Positions 24,044 through 36,500 of a stretch of 64,000 bases of DNA are shown here, piece by piece (the first letter of the stretch is position 1; each line of letters opens with the position of its first letter). Under the pieces are notes generated by a model. It was given only the letters and a program-made list of their open reading frames with translations, ran no database searches and was not told the DNA's origin. Made by a program: the position numbers and the translations under genes. The stretch is taken from NCBI GenBank assembly GCA_010909165.1, contig MU008209.1, positions 186,001-250,000 on the forward strand, given 5' to 3'. Source of the DNA: Anthoceros angustus. Its lineage: Eukaryota; Plantae; Anthocerotophyta.

Positions 24044-26281
24044 CTAGAAGGTAGTACTCCATACAGCACCCTCTCCTTCACCACAACGCTGATGCACATC
24101 TTTTATCCTCTCAACCGATTTGCAGATACCACTGCAAGTCCAGTCGAAGGATGCGACACAAATATTGCCAGCTTGAGCTTTCCACTCACAATCTGCACAC
24201 ATCGGCATGCACATCAGAAAAGGGGCCCTGGGACAACCAACTAATGCATGCCATGACAATCAACCATTTCAGCACCTGGAGGGGTACCGCAGCACATGCT
24301 GCGGTCATCAATATGCTCTACGTCTAAGCCGATGAACCAGGACCCTAAGGAAACATCCTCATTAGCGTATCTGTGCAATATTGGCCTGCAACAATCACCC
24401 AAAAAAGTAAGAAGCTTGTTCTAAACACCATAAACTGCAATCAGTGACCATACGACCTACGCAAAGACAATTGCACTTACTGATTAATGCTTATGTACGT
24501 TGCCAAATCTTTGGAGATGGCATAAATCTGACCCGTTGCATGCCTAAAGTACTTGTTACCCTCTTCCCCAAACTTCCAAAATTCAGGTTCATGATACTTC
24601 ACTCCCCTGCAACCATGGTGACCAGAGAGACTTTAGAAAACATGCATCTTGCCCATCACCGCGCATAATTTCAAAGGCACCAACTGCCAACATACTTACT
24701 TTTGCGCAAGCACGGGACCAGATTTCATACAACCGATGTACACACGGGGCTTTGAGCGATGTCTTGCCAATGTTGTTCCAAGAGTCCCTGAATCAGGACA
24801 GTACAATCAATTTTCAGCGAGTTCACTGAGTCTGAGACTGTCCACGCTAACTGTTGCTCATGTACTGTGAAGCAAAACATGGGACATACCTAGATTGACA
24901 TGGACATCATCATCCACCTTGACATAAAAATCGGCATCCCATTTTGACACAGCTGTGGCAAAGTAGATCTTCGTCTTTGCAGAAAGTTCATGGTAGCCCT
25001 CGACGTGGTCCTGCAAGACGGAAGGGGGTCACCGGTTCAGTTTCAGCCGGAAGGAAGATAGGAATATCCGAGCTCTTTGGGTCCCTCCAACAGACCTACC
25101 AATCTTAGAAAGTCTGAATGTTGGGCGTCCTCAGCCTCGATAGCACGATCCAGAATGCCACCTGGTGTCGCACTGCGCTCCACAAAGCACACCAGCGTCA
25201 CCCAAACCGGCCGACAGCGGCATCGCAGCAGACTTACCACAAAAGGAAAGGACAAGTTGCTAAAAGCAACTCACCTGTGCCCAATCACAAAACGAATTAC
25301 AATGCCCTTCTCCTGCTCCAACTGTTTGAGCTTCTCGCCTGCCCAAACCACAGAGCATCAGATGTGTTGCCCCACACAGATGCACTGTCGCAACAACCAA
25401 CCAGCACAAGGTCGAGTACCTTGAGGCATCCACGTCTCCCGCACAGAATCCCTTCGTTTCCGGCTGCTGAAAGCGGTATTGATACCGATCACGACGAATG
25501 CCTTCTGCCGTGGTTGGTTATCCGCAAATTCATGAATGGGCTTCACAAGCACAGGCGTCCCCTTAGCACTAGTAGCCTGAGTAGCTCGCGCGGCAGCCAG
25601 CTCCATCTCCAGCGAAGAAATCGTCTTGTCGAGCCCACTGGAACCAATGGCACCAGCTCTCTCAGCCACCGCACAACCCAACCCAACCCAACCCAACCCA
25701 ATCCAATCCAACGCAGCTTCACAACACGCACAGCAGCGCCAACCCCAGATCTTACCGAATGGCGAGATGCGTCCTCGACACCTCCTCCAGAATGTCCTTC
25801 GACCCCGACTCCGAGTTGAGAGGCTTCTGAAAAGAAAGCTAACTTTGTAAGCGACGCACCAAACCAACCAACCCACCCCCCGATCTACCCCCTTCCCCGC
25901 ATTGCGGCATCCAAACCCGATTCCACCAAGCTCCCGCCCCCGCGTCAACACTTACAGGCTTGGGATCGCATTCCTCCGCCACAATCTGCGATTCCAGCCT
26001 CCCGGTCCCTCGCAGCCCCTGCGCCCTGATCGCATCCTGATCGTCGGGGGTGAAACTCATTCTGCCCAGCCCACCACCACACACCATAACCCAATGAGTC
26101 CTCCCTCCATTTCCTCACCCCTCCCCCTCCCCATCCAGATCCAGCCCCAGATCCAAACCCATTTCCATGCCCATATCCAAATCCAGCACCTGGTGGTGAA
26201 CAGCATGCCCCCGCAGAAGCACAGGATGCAGAGGACCGCGAGCCAATTGGGCGACACGCCGGAGGCACTCCGGGGCCTCAT
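24044..26281 (-). CDS. GT31 beta-1,3-galactosyltransferase (multi-exon, type II membrane)
   Basis: N-terminal TM ([19 protein letters not shown]), [76 protein letters not shown]. Confidence 0.95.
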
Positions 26282-27821
26282 CTCGCCTGCACGGACCGCC
26301 CTAAACCCTAGCAGCGGGCGGGACCTGCATGCCCAGCCCGGGCCTTCCCGGCCTCAGGCGGCCCGGACACCGAGGTCAGGGCGAGCGGAATCCCGCAGGC
26401 ATGGGGCGCCGGGGCCGGGCAATGGGCATGGAGCGGAAACAGGCCCGGCACCGGCAGCCTCAGCAGGACCAGCAGCCCCAGCAGGACCAGCAGCAGCAGC
26501 AGGGGAAGGAGACGGAGAAGAAGCCGATGCAGATGCCGCAACCAGGGCGGCCACAGCAGCAAAATCGGACGCGAGAGCAGCAAGAGGAGGAGCAGGAGAA
26601 GCCGAGGAAGCAGCTATGGCCTCGATGCTGCAGCAGAGCGCGTGGCGCTCTGGCCGTGGCCCTCTCTCTTTGAACTCCACAGCCTGCTGCATCGCAATTC
26701 CAATCGCAACCGTCCGAGCACTCTCTCTCGAACTCTCTCTCCCCCCGCCCTTGGCCCCCCTCGCTCTGCGAGTGCGCCGCGGTTAAGCCCAACCCCGACC
26801 CCGGGTTGGGTGAACCCGGGGTTAAGCTCGCCGGCGCAACCGGCGTATCTGGGGCCCACGCAGGGGCCGGCGAAAGTGCGCGCACCCGGATGCTGCTTCC
26901 AATCTGGTGCGCTTCTCCCCCGGTCGCGGATGCCCATCGCCGGCCCTGGTAAAGCGTTGCCGCCATCTGCGGCGTCTAAAACAAGCGGGACGAGCCACGT
27001 GGCGCGTTGGACCCGTCGTGCCGTCTGCATGGACCCCGTATTGTACAGTCCACGTGGACTCGCACACGTATACGTACGCGCACACTCGTCTCGTTTCACT
27101 TTTAAGAATTCTGAAAATATGTGGGCACCCGGGTTACATATGTACATATCTTGGGTACGATCGCATCTTGATCCGTTGGGATCGTGAATTCGCAAGCATA
27201 TCCACCAGAATATTATGTAATTAAATGCTTCTTACTCTTAATTGCATCCTCTGAGGACTTGGATAGGTATCCATGAGGGAGGAGAAGAGCCTCCATGCAT
27301 GGGCTTCGGCTTTTGCATAATCTCGAGCAGACCAGAAGTCCTCTTAATCCTAGCCCATGGTATGCTAAGCTGAGGCTTCCGAAGAGTGTGAGTCTGAATC
27401 AACAAGGAGGTGGCCTTGGGAAATCCTCCAGCAGCTGTGCTTTGATTACATAGTGGAACAGTGGAATATATCAAATGCTCTTCCACTTGCAGTGGGTTCC
27501 TCGAGGCCTGTCCGTTGTAATCACACGAGATAGTGATACTCTGGGGAAGACGTGATGCTGAGAAAGTTTGTATACAGGAGTTGGTTTTCAGTGTTAGGAA
27601 AAGGTCTCAAACTCTTGCTTGAGAGGGAAGTTGCTTGATGTCACAGGAGACTCCGAAACATTTCTCTCAGATCCAGGTATGGCACCCTAGACATCTGAAC
27701 CATGTCCTAGACATCCTAAACAGCGTGTCTGAGATGGTGCATACCACTTGACAGGAACCATGCTGTTAAGCACGTTTGTGTGTTGAACAAACCAGGTGCG
27801 TGCTCCCTTCCCTTCCCTTCG

Positions 27822-28341
27822 CTAGTGGTTCTTGTCAGGGTCCCAGTGTTGGTAACCAGATGGAGGCTGTTGCAGCAAAGCTTTCATCTTCATTCGGTAC
27901 CGAGGCTGCCTGGGAACGACCTGGCTCGGACCACAATGGTAAACACCAGTTCCAGGTCTCAGAGGAGGCCCATCATCATAAATGTACCCAAGGAGGGCAC
28001 CACAGGATGCACACAGTAGCTTCGTCCTGAGCCGCTGTATTCCCCAATAGTTCCTCGTTTCCCAAAAGGGTTTGAACTTCTTCTCCTCCACCTTCCGAAA
28101 GCTGCTCTCGCCTATGTGGGAGAAGGACAGAGTGCCTTTGTTCCCAGCGTCGAAGACCATCTCCTGGGGAAACAGATACTCAGAGTCCAGATTCAACGAT
28201 TTTCCACATGCTCGGCAACTGCCACCACACACCAACACATAAGTACTGACCACACTAAAACACATCCCCACGTCGGAGACGTGGAAGACTGCACACATGG
28301 CGGCAGCATCAGGGAGTGTACCTGTATGTGACCCCCGCCAT
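27822..28341 (-). CDS. Yippee/Mis18-like Zn-binding protein (At2g17705/At4g08330-like), copy 1; exon 1 MAGVTYS, intron ~28321-28222
   Basis: YSCRACGKSLNL...FDAGNKGTLSF...PFWETRNYWGIQRLRTKLLCASCGALLGYIYDDGPP; two CxxC pairs. Confidence 0.85.
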
Positions 28342-28717
28342 TGACATAGCAAGCTGTCGGGGAAGTCCTTGAACTGAAGCGGATGGTCGTCACGAAAATT
28401 TGCACTTGGATGACTGCGTCGAGCCCGATCCGGAACACACTAGGATGGAAGGAGTCGAAAAAAATCCAGTCTCTCCGTCTCTGCCCAACATGCCACCATC
28501 CACGATGAGGTGAAATGTCCTTGGTCTTGCAACGCGCTGGAGATGGGGCAGCAAACGCGGTGGATTCCGGCTTCCGGGTGGGAGAACATGGTGGCACCAC
28601 CAACGCGTGGCATACCTACTAAAAACAGCAAGCTTAAGGGAAGCCTTCACGAAGGAGGTAATTTGCAAACTGCTCATGGATTCAGACATACATATGTAGC
28701 AAATGAGATAAATCAAC

Positions 28718-29560
28718 TTCGAGAGCGATGGCGTACCGATCTCGTCACGAAGGAAGTTGTTCACATTTTTGTTTTTCTGGTGGTCATGTCCCTACTCCCT
28801 ACTCGAGAGGGATGGCGTACCGATCACGTCACGAAGGAAGTTGTTCACACTTTTTTTTTTTTGGGGTCACGTCCCTGCCTGACATTCCAACCCCAGGCAG
28901 GGTGACCGAGGCACACGCTCTATTCCGGCGGTGGCCCGATCGGCTTCGGATGCTGAGCCTGCTGATGCGGTCCCATGAGCACGCTCACGGCTCAGCCTCC
29001 CGACTGCCTGAGCTAAACACACCAGAAGTCCTCACAAGCCTCTTCGATCCTGGATCAGACGCAGATCCATCGCCATCCCGAAACCCTGAGGCCACACCTA
29101 GATCTGAAGCAAAACCATGCGATGCCAGCTGAAACAAGTTCCTTCCACTTACGGCTTCCACACTCCGGATCCCGCAGCACAAACCCTTCCTCATTCTGCA
29201 TGTCCTCCGGAGGAGGCAAAACATGTACAGCTCCGTCGTCGGCCGGCTTGCCCGTATCCTCCTAAGCCAGGGTGTAGAGGCCGTTGCCTCCCTCGTAGGC
29301 CTGGAAGGTCTTTGCCATTAGGATGGTCGTTTCGACTGGTGAGAGACTCCGTGCGTGTAGGAAGGCTACCAAGCAGCCTGGTCGTGGAAGGCGGTGTAGG
29401 AGGTGATGGCCGAACCTCGTGTAGGAGTCCTCTGGATCCCGATGACACGATGGGCGGAGCTGGAACTCCAGGTGGCTCCATTGGCCAAGATGGATCTCCA
29501 GCTCATGCGCATGGCTGATGAGGAGCCGGAGGCCCAGCTCGGCCAAGGAGGAAGAAAAAA
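28718..29560 (-). mobile_element. Possible truncated retroelement remnant with 84-bp tandem repeat at its end
   Basis: Two ~84-bp units (CGAGAG.GATGGCGTACCGATC.CGTCACGAAGGAAGTTGTTCACA) at 28718-28862, each ending in a T-run. An adjacent stem (GGTCAC..CCCTGCCTG / CAGGCAGGGTGACC) and broken ORFs. No diagnostic domain recognised. Confidence 0.3.
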
Positions 29561-30171
29561 AAATTGGAAACTTCCAAACGGCATGCCACAAGAGTGTCCA
29601 ATGCAGAGACCGTTCCGAGAAACTGTGGCGAGGCGTGGATGGGAAGCTGGACTGATGAGTCTGGCTTGGACGACAAGCAGTCTGGGTCGTCCAAGCCCGT
29701 GACGTGACCAGTTTAGCAACCAGAGTTAACCATAGGGCGCAGACTGCGACCGTCTCTGCAGTCTTGCTCGTGGCGTGGCGAGCACGCATTTCGCCTGCGC
29801 TCCCGAGCTCTTTAACAGCGTCGGAACCACAGCGGCAGAGCATCCCTTCTCTGCATTCCATTTCGCGCTTCCAAGTGCATTCTTTCTGCTCTCTGCTCTC
29901 TGCTCTCTGCTCCCTCGCGCACTGCCATCCCGCTGCTTGCAATTCCAATTGCAATCGCAATTGAATGTTTTTGTGGTCTGTTTTCTTCTCCGACGTCCAG
30001 TGCACCTGCTTGGGGAAATCGATACCTGTGCTGTTCAATTTCTCACGTTGCTAGCAGCCAGGGACGTGCATCCGTCTACATTCGCCATTTGGCATTCCTA
30101 CAGAGCCAAATTGCGACCCAGCGTTCTCGGGCTACACAGCTGCGGGTCGACTCAGCGCTCGCCGAACAGCG

Positions 30172-30420
30172 ATGGCGGGCTTCGGCAAGCTGCGGTGCTT
30201 TGGACACTCCCGCGTGGCTGCAACCGATGACGCTCACAAGGCAGCAGGCGCAGGCGCAGGCGCAGGCGCAGGCTCCGATTCCAAGCAGCAGCCCAGAGTG
30301 CATGCGAGTGGCGACACCAAGCCTGGGACTGGGACTGGGACTGGGACTGGGACTCCAACTGCCACTCTGTCCGACGTTTTCAAGTACAGTTCCAGCCGAG
30401 GGATGCTACCACGCATGTGA
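30172..30420 (+). CDS. 82-aa small protein, paralog B (C-term ATLSDVFKYSSSRGMLPRM)
   Basis: Intronless ATG ORF. Shares RVA near the N-term, S[ND]SKQQ internally and the C-terminal 19-mer with 19247-19501. Confidence 0.75.
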   Translation: MAGFGKLRCFGHSRVAATDDAHKAAGAGAGAGAGSDSKQQPRVHASGDTKPGTGTGTGTGTPTATLSDVFKYSSSRGMLPRM

Positions 30421-31245
30421 GCGTGTCAGGGCGGAGTGGTTCGTTATCTGCATTCTGCGACATGACATTTCGTGATCTCATGCTCGGTTGATTCACGAGC
30501 TGTAATCGAGGCGAGGCGAGGCGAGGCGAGGCGAGGCGAGTAATTATCTGTCTCAGGCTCCAGGTGCAACAGCAGTGCTAACCGCCATGGCCCAAGCTGG
30601 CGAGGGGCCTGCACAAGGCCAGAGTGCACTTGTGCAGGCCCGTGCTCGATCTGTCGGCTTACCACGTTCCCACTTCTGGCATTGCATTGCTTTGCTTTGC
30701 TTTGCTTCAACAAGTGGTTACTAAGCAGCCTTTAGTTTATGGTGTTCAAATATGAGTGATTTACTAAACAAATAGGGCTTGCTTTCCAAGTCTTAACCAA
30801 GACTTGAGAGACTCCAATTTCCAAGGCTGCCTTGGAAACTGGATGTTCGTTGTAGACTAGGTGGTAAATGAAATTCTGAGCTGATGCAGCTCCTGTGAAG
30901 TGAGGAGTGATTGACACAAATTCACCTCCCGACTACTGGCAGCTGTTGGATTTCTGCTCATGTGGGAGGGCTGTTTTTCCACCGCCGCGTCTTCAGTGTT
31001 ATACTCTGTAATTGAGTTACACACTTCATAATTTGAAGCAGATTGTCCGCTCTCAAATGGAACGTATATGAGTACCTAGTGGCTCCATGGTTCGGTTCAA
31101 AGGATTTGAAACGATTGCAAGTCATTCTACTTGCTACTGAGACCCAAACAATGAACTACAACAAATCGATATATCGATGTCCATAGATTGGTTTAATGGG
31201 TAGGAATTGTGGGAAGAGTTCCGAATGGTTGCTCGAACTTGTTGT

Positions 31246-31836
31246 CTACAGCGTTTTAACCATAGCCTGGTGTGGTAAGGTCGGGCTCTGCTTGTAACCA
31301 AGTGGAGGCTTTTGCAGCAGAGCATTTATCTTCATGCGGTAACGCGGCTGCCTGGGAATCACTTGGCTCGGACCAAAATGGTGTACACCATGGCCAGCTC
31401 TCAGAGGAGGGCCATCCTCGTAGATGTGTCCGACCAGTGCATCACAAGATGCGCACAGTAGCTTCGTCCTGATGCGCTGTATTCCCCAGTAGTTCCTTGT
31501 TTCCCAAAAGGGTTTGTACTTCTTCTCCTCCTCTTTACGAAAGCTGCTGCCGTCAATGTGGAAGAAGGAAAGAGTGCCTTTGTTTCCAGCCTCGAACAAC
31601 ATGCCTTCGGGAAACAGATAGTCGGAGAACAAATTAAGAGCTGTGCCACACGCTCGGCAGCTGCCACAAGACAGTAGACGCCCATCAGCTGAAGCGAACA
31701 GAAAATTTAGCATACGCATCGGCGCTACTGATGCTACACACCAGTCTCGCAATATGTAATGTTGGATGCCTTAACGTCCTCAGCAGAATAGGATCACGAA
31801 TCAGGTCGAGGGATACCTGTACGTTAACCCCGCCAT
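31246..31836 (-). CDS. Yippee/Mis18-like Zn-binding protein, copy 2; exon 1 MAGLTYS
   Basis: YSCRACGTALNL...FEAGNKGTLSF...WGIQRIRTKLLCASCDALVGHIYEDGPP. Same intron position as copy 1. Confidence 0.85.
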
Positions 31837-33104
31837 GAAGAAATGGCTGGTTGCAGCAACCTCTTGCTTGATGTCCTCCTGGTGCAGCTGCGTTGGGAAA
31901 TGACCTCGAACTGAAGCACAACGTGCGGCGTATGAGTGCTACACGGAGGTCAGATCACTCCGGTGCGACACACCAAGATGTAGCGGTGTTGATGAAGAAA
32001 CAAACCTGGAAATTGTTTCAAGCACTGCGCTTGCTCCATCATCGGCAAGCCACCAACTCCAACCATTTCACCTGACCAAAAGACAAAGCATCGACAATGA
32101 TGTAATGCCAGCTTTACATACTTCCGACGGACTCTGCGCTCGAGGCGAGCATAACGGGGCTCGATTCCGGGTCACTTGGGCTTGGAGTCGTGGAGAACCC
32201 GTTGCGTCACACGTGCATCTGAAAGACAGTACACAGAACCTCGTCGGGAGCTCTGAGGCCGTCTGGAGTCATCGGCGGGGAAGGCCACCGTTCGCACGTT
32301 GGCACCGAGACAGAAGCAGTTTCATCCCCCGTTTCCTTCACGCATCACTGAACAAAGTGACTCTGGCATTCGTTAATGAAAGCAAACATTAAGACAACTG
32401 CAAAAGGCGGGAATATTCACTGGAGCTAATTCTGGACGAACCACTAACAAGCGGAAACTGAGAGACCTTCTAAACATGTGGACGGACGTTTATCACGAAC
32501 ATCCAGCACAGGAATGGCGTCAAAACGCCATTGCCGTCATACCAGGTCCTGCAGGTAACCGACAACACAGTGCAAGATTGTGATGCCATTCTTTCCAAGA
32601 TTCTTACACAGCAAAAAAGAGACATTCATTCAGTGATGTCTTGCAATCAGAACCATAAGATCTTGAGGTGTGGAAGTTGCCTTGGAAGCTTGGAAGAACT
32701 ACAACCACAACCTTTAGGGACGTGAACACTGCACACAATTCAGTCCTGACTGCTTCTCCTCGACTTCCTCCGCTCACATTGCGTCATGGAATGCATAGTC
32801 GGAGGCAAGCACAGAAGTAGAGTAGGAAAGCACAAGGGACAAGAAACACAATGTATGTACCAGGGCTCTCACGATTTCCATTTCGTTAGAGAACTGTGAA
32901 ACACTTTACAATCAAACAGGTTTTGGTACACCGGATAGCAATCATCGGTAAACATCTGTCACAAAGAATGTGTCCTGTAGATAGGAGGACTCGACAAGAA
33001 ATTTGCTTCACACGCACACAAGCTTAGCTAGCTGCGCCTAAGCAAGATAGGGAAACCTGCTATGCAGCTCCTTAGCTCCGCTCTGCATATCGGCTTCTTC
33101 AGCT

Positions 33105-33629
33105 CTACTTGGACGGTTGGCTCACCAGGCTAGAGACCACGGAGGAGGCGGCCACAACGGCCACCAGCTCAGCTCCGGCCACAAGGCCCGCTTGCACAGC
33201 AGGAGACAGGAAACCCTCGGCAGAGGCCGAAGACGACTTGAACGCGCCGGCGACGGCAGAGCTTACCGCGGAGACCTCGGCCTCACCTTCCCGCACCAGC
33301 TCCTTCACTTCCTCCACCACGGCCTGCTCCGCATCCTCCAGCTTCCTCTTGAGCCCGAAGAGCGGCACGTCGCTTGCCTCCGCCCTCGAGCCGGACCCCG
33401 TCAGCAGTGCCAGAGACAGCCCCGCCAGCGACAATGCCGCCTGTCTCCTGGATGTGGATTGCAACGCGGTATCCTTGCCTGTAGAAGGCGAGCAGGGCCT
33501 CTCCGCCGACGCGAAATTTCTGACTACCAACATGCTCGGCTGCATCTGCTGCGGGTGCGGCTGTGCAAGGCGGGAGGATGCAGTCGACAGAGCGGAGGGG
33601 AGCGCGAGGGAGGCCATGGCGGACGCCAT
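33105..33629 (-). CDS. Chloroplast/thylakoid small protein with twin-arginine signal and C-terminal hydrophobic helix (resembles At5g57345-type proteins)
   Basis: Ser/Ala-rich transit peptide, SRRQAALSLAGLSLALL...AEA lumenal signal, DVPLFGLKRKL, acidic helix, QAGLVAGAELVAVVAASSVV. Confidence 0.75.
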   Translation of the reverse strand: MASAMASLALPSALSTASSRLAQPHPQQMQPSMLVVRNFASAERPCSPSTGKDTALQSTSRRQAALSLAGLSLALLTGSGSRAEASDVPLFGLKRKLEDAEQAVVEEVKELVREGEAEVSAVSSAVAGAFKSSSASAEGFLSPAVQAGLVAGAELVAVVAASSVVSSLVSQPSK

Positions 33630-34217
33630 AGCTACCTCAATCGCGACACGCCGCTTCTGTATGCCGTCTGATCGGCCTGGATATCAGAGAGAGGAGGGAT
33701 AGACCAGGGTAGGATTCATCATTCATCGGTGAGGGATGTAAATCCTTTTTCACAGCCAAAAATCCAGATGGAAGGCAGTGCATTCTCCACAATTTCCAAA
33801 CATCGTGCATAAAAGTCATTTGCAAGGTGCGACATAAAAAAGCAACGGCTGATAGGTATTTTAGCACATATGCTGCGCAACCTAGGTTTGAATGAAGCTT
33901 CTCTTATTTAATGAAGATATGCTCCGAACAGGATAGGATATTTGGAGGCATTCTCTTTATACTACTATAAAGTTATATCTTTATTGAATGAACTTTATAG
34001 TGGATTTTATTATTTTTTATGATAATCATGATCGTGATTAAATAGGGTGGTCTCACGTGGAAGAACTTTTTCGAGGAGTTTGTTGTGCTCAAAAAAGTGA
34101 TGATTTGCACCGTCCGTTATTAGGATAATAGATTCTAGTCATAACATTTGCAGTAAAAAGGTTATAATAAATATACCATATTAAAATTCTTATTGACAAC
34201 CACCCAAAGGTATACAT

Positions 34218-36500
34218 TAGGGGGTTTCAAACTTGTGCAAAATGGAGCTGATATGGAAATACGAACCCAGATGTATCCGATCGTGAAATGCGAGCTGATT
34301 TCGCTGAAATCATATCCAACAGGTCGCACTTCGGTTGTATATCGACCGGACGGCTCACGATATCACCGGCGCTGCCGAGACGGCAACCGCAATCCCATTT
34401 GCTGACTGCAGACGCTTCAACCGAAACCCAAGTCCGGTCAAACAGAGGAGAACAACCATGCCTTATGTCCGAGAGGCAAGAGTTTTGAGCGACCTTTCCG
34501 TGTGGATTGCGTTCGCCTTTGTTGAGGACTCATCCTTCGAATCGTCATCCTCCGAATCGTCTAATGGAGATGAGGCTGTTGACCTTTTCTTTTTTTCTTG
34601 TGCCTCTCGCTATTTGTCTGCTCGAGAGCCCAGACATCGTCCTGTGCACTTCTTTCTCGATTCTTTCTCCATGATTGCTGACGACGAATTCAGGCAACTA
34701 TTTCGCACCTCCCGTCGGGGCTTTGTGTCACTCTTCACAGTCCTTGAGGGTCATCCGATTTTCAACAATGGTTCTTAGTGTTCCCAAACAGCTCCGGCTT
34801 GGCAATTGGCTTTGACCCTATGTAGGTTGGGCGCTAATGGCAATGGAGCTAGCGTCGGCAAGATGCAAGGCATATTTGGGGTTGGGGCAAGAACTGTTTG
34901 CCTATTTACCAACCGAGTGATAGAAGCTATACTTGCTCAATTTGATGGTTGGCTAGAGTGGCCTGCTGCAGGAAGACGTCGAGAGCTTGGACGTGTCATG
35001 CAAGAGGAAGGTTTCCCAGGCTGTGTGGGTTTTATAGGTGGCACCACATTACCACTATCACAAAAACCAGGTGTGGATGGCGAAGTGTACTTTGATCGTA
35101 AAAGAAGGTATGCTACAATATGTGTTTTGAGGGCTTGCTGGAACCCAAGACACGAGTACTAAGCTTGCACTACCTCTCTTTGCTGTATTCCATCAACATG
35201 CAAGTGGTTTGCGATGTTGACAAACGAATCACACCGCATGTGGGTTGTCCTGGTCGGTGTGCAGACTCGTTTGTGTTCCACCGGATGAAACTGTACAAGG
35301 ATCCGCAATCTCACTTTTCAGCAGGGGAGTACATACTTGCAGATTCTGCCTACGGTTTGTCTACCATATGTATACCTGCGTACAAGGCTCCTGCTTCAAA
35401 TGTGCTTGAAAATGCAGAATTCAATTTTTGCCTTGCCAAAAGTAGAGTTAGGAATGAGCACTGCATAGGTATTTTGAAATCTTGTTGGGCCTCCCTTCGA
35501 GAAATGAGGCAGCAGATAAGATGTCCTCGGGATATGCGGGAGGTAGTCCGCTGGGTTGCAGCATGTTGTGTTCTTCATAACATGTTAGCTCGCCTTGGTG
35601 ATACATGGATGACATGCTCGGAGGAAGGTGACCAAGTAGAGTCTTCTGGTGAAGTTGTTGGGGCTAGTACCATTTACGCTGAGAGTTTTCGTGAGTCTCT
35701 GAAGATGATTACTCTTCAGACAAATTACGAATGTGGAGTTCTTCCTCTTGCCAACTGTAAGCATGAAGATATCATTTGCCACAACCTTTGCAAGCCTTAC
35801 TTGGTTTTGTTGTCCTCAAACACCTAGAAGGGAAGCTATATTTCTGCCAATCAAATGAACTTTAGCATATGCTCCAATTGCTCGCTATCGTAGCCCTTTT
35901 CCATGGCCGTCTGAATGAGCAACAGTTTTTGTATCCTCAAACGCTCATGCCTCTCCTTACGTTGTTGCCGCAATAATGCTTGCCCTCTTCCGATCCGCCT
36001 CCATCTCCAATTTTTCCTTCTCCCACTGTAGTTTAGATTGACTTTCCTCCCTAGAGAGCTCCATTTTCTCTGAATCAGTACGACGCTTGCTTGCGATAGC
36101 GAAGACTAGTTAAGAGCACACTCTGGCAAACAAAACATTGCTTCTTGCATGTACTTATTGGTAGCTGGTAACGACTTACATTCAGCTTTCGTAATTGTAG
36201 CATCACGATAGGCAGCAGCAAAAGCATTTCTGGATGCCCCCACGCTAGGCCCAGCAGCACGCCTTCTCAACAATGCCGAAGAACTCCTCCACAGGGTTGG
36301 CAAATAAACTTAGGTCCATTGAGATATCCGTCAATACCAGTGGTAGATCCTGAGCGCTCATGCTGACCACAGTCCGGCCCTTGCTTGTTGTTGCCCCCCT
36401 GCTGCAACATTCTCCTGACGTCCACCCACTGTAGCTGCATGCAAATTCCACTGTAGCTGCATGCAAATTTCACTGTACCTGCATGCAAATTGTTATATGG
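34218..36500 (+). mobile_element. Degenerate PIF/Harbinger DNA transposon
   Basis: TTA followed by TIR-like GGGGGTTTCAAACTT at 34217-34234, a HARBI1-type transposase on +, and a convergent decayed coiled-coil ORF on - (~35837-36466: WEKEKLEME...LIQTAMEKGYDSEQLEHML). Right end not located. Confidence 0.75.
34458..35827 (+). pseudogene. Harbinger (DDE_Tnp_4/HARBI1-like) transposase pseudogene
   Basis: FRQLFR, QLALTLCRLG, GFPGCVGFIGGT (first catalytic D replaced by G), YSINMQVVCD, ILADSAY, FNFCLAKSRVRNEHCIGILK, ACCVLHN. Premature TAG at 34776-34778. Intron ~35108-35185. Confidence 0.9.

Noticed and set aside
25902-27195. Long overlapping ORFs (294, 193, 181 aa) upstream of or antisense to the GT31 gene
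   Set aside because: GC-rich, CAG/GCA-repeat 5' UTR and promoter sequence with few stops; no recognisable domain.
18261-30540. Microsatellites (AGCTCC)n ~18261, (TTC)-rich 19004-19145, (CCCAA)n ~25676, (GAGGC)n ~30508
   Set aside because: Ordinary simple repeats in UTRs and introns.
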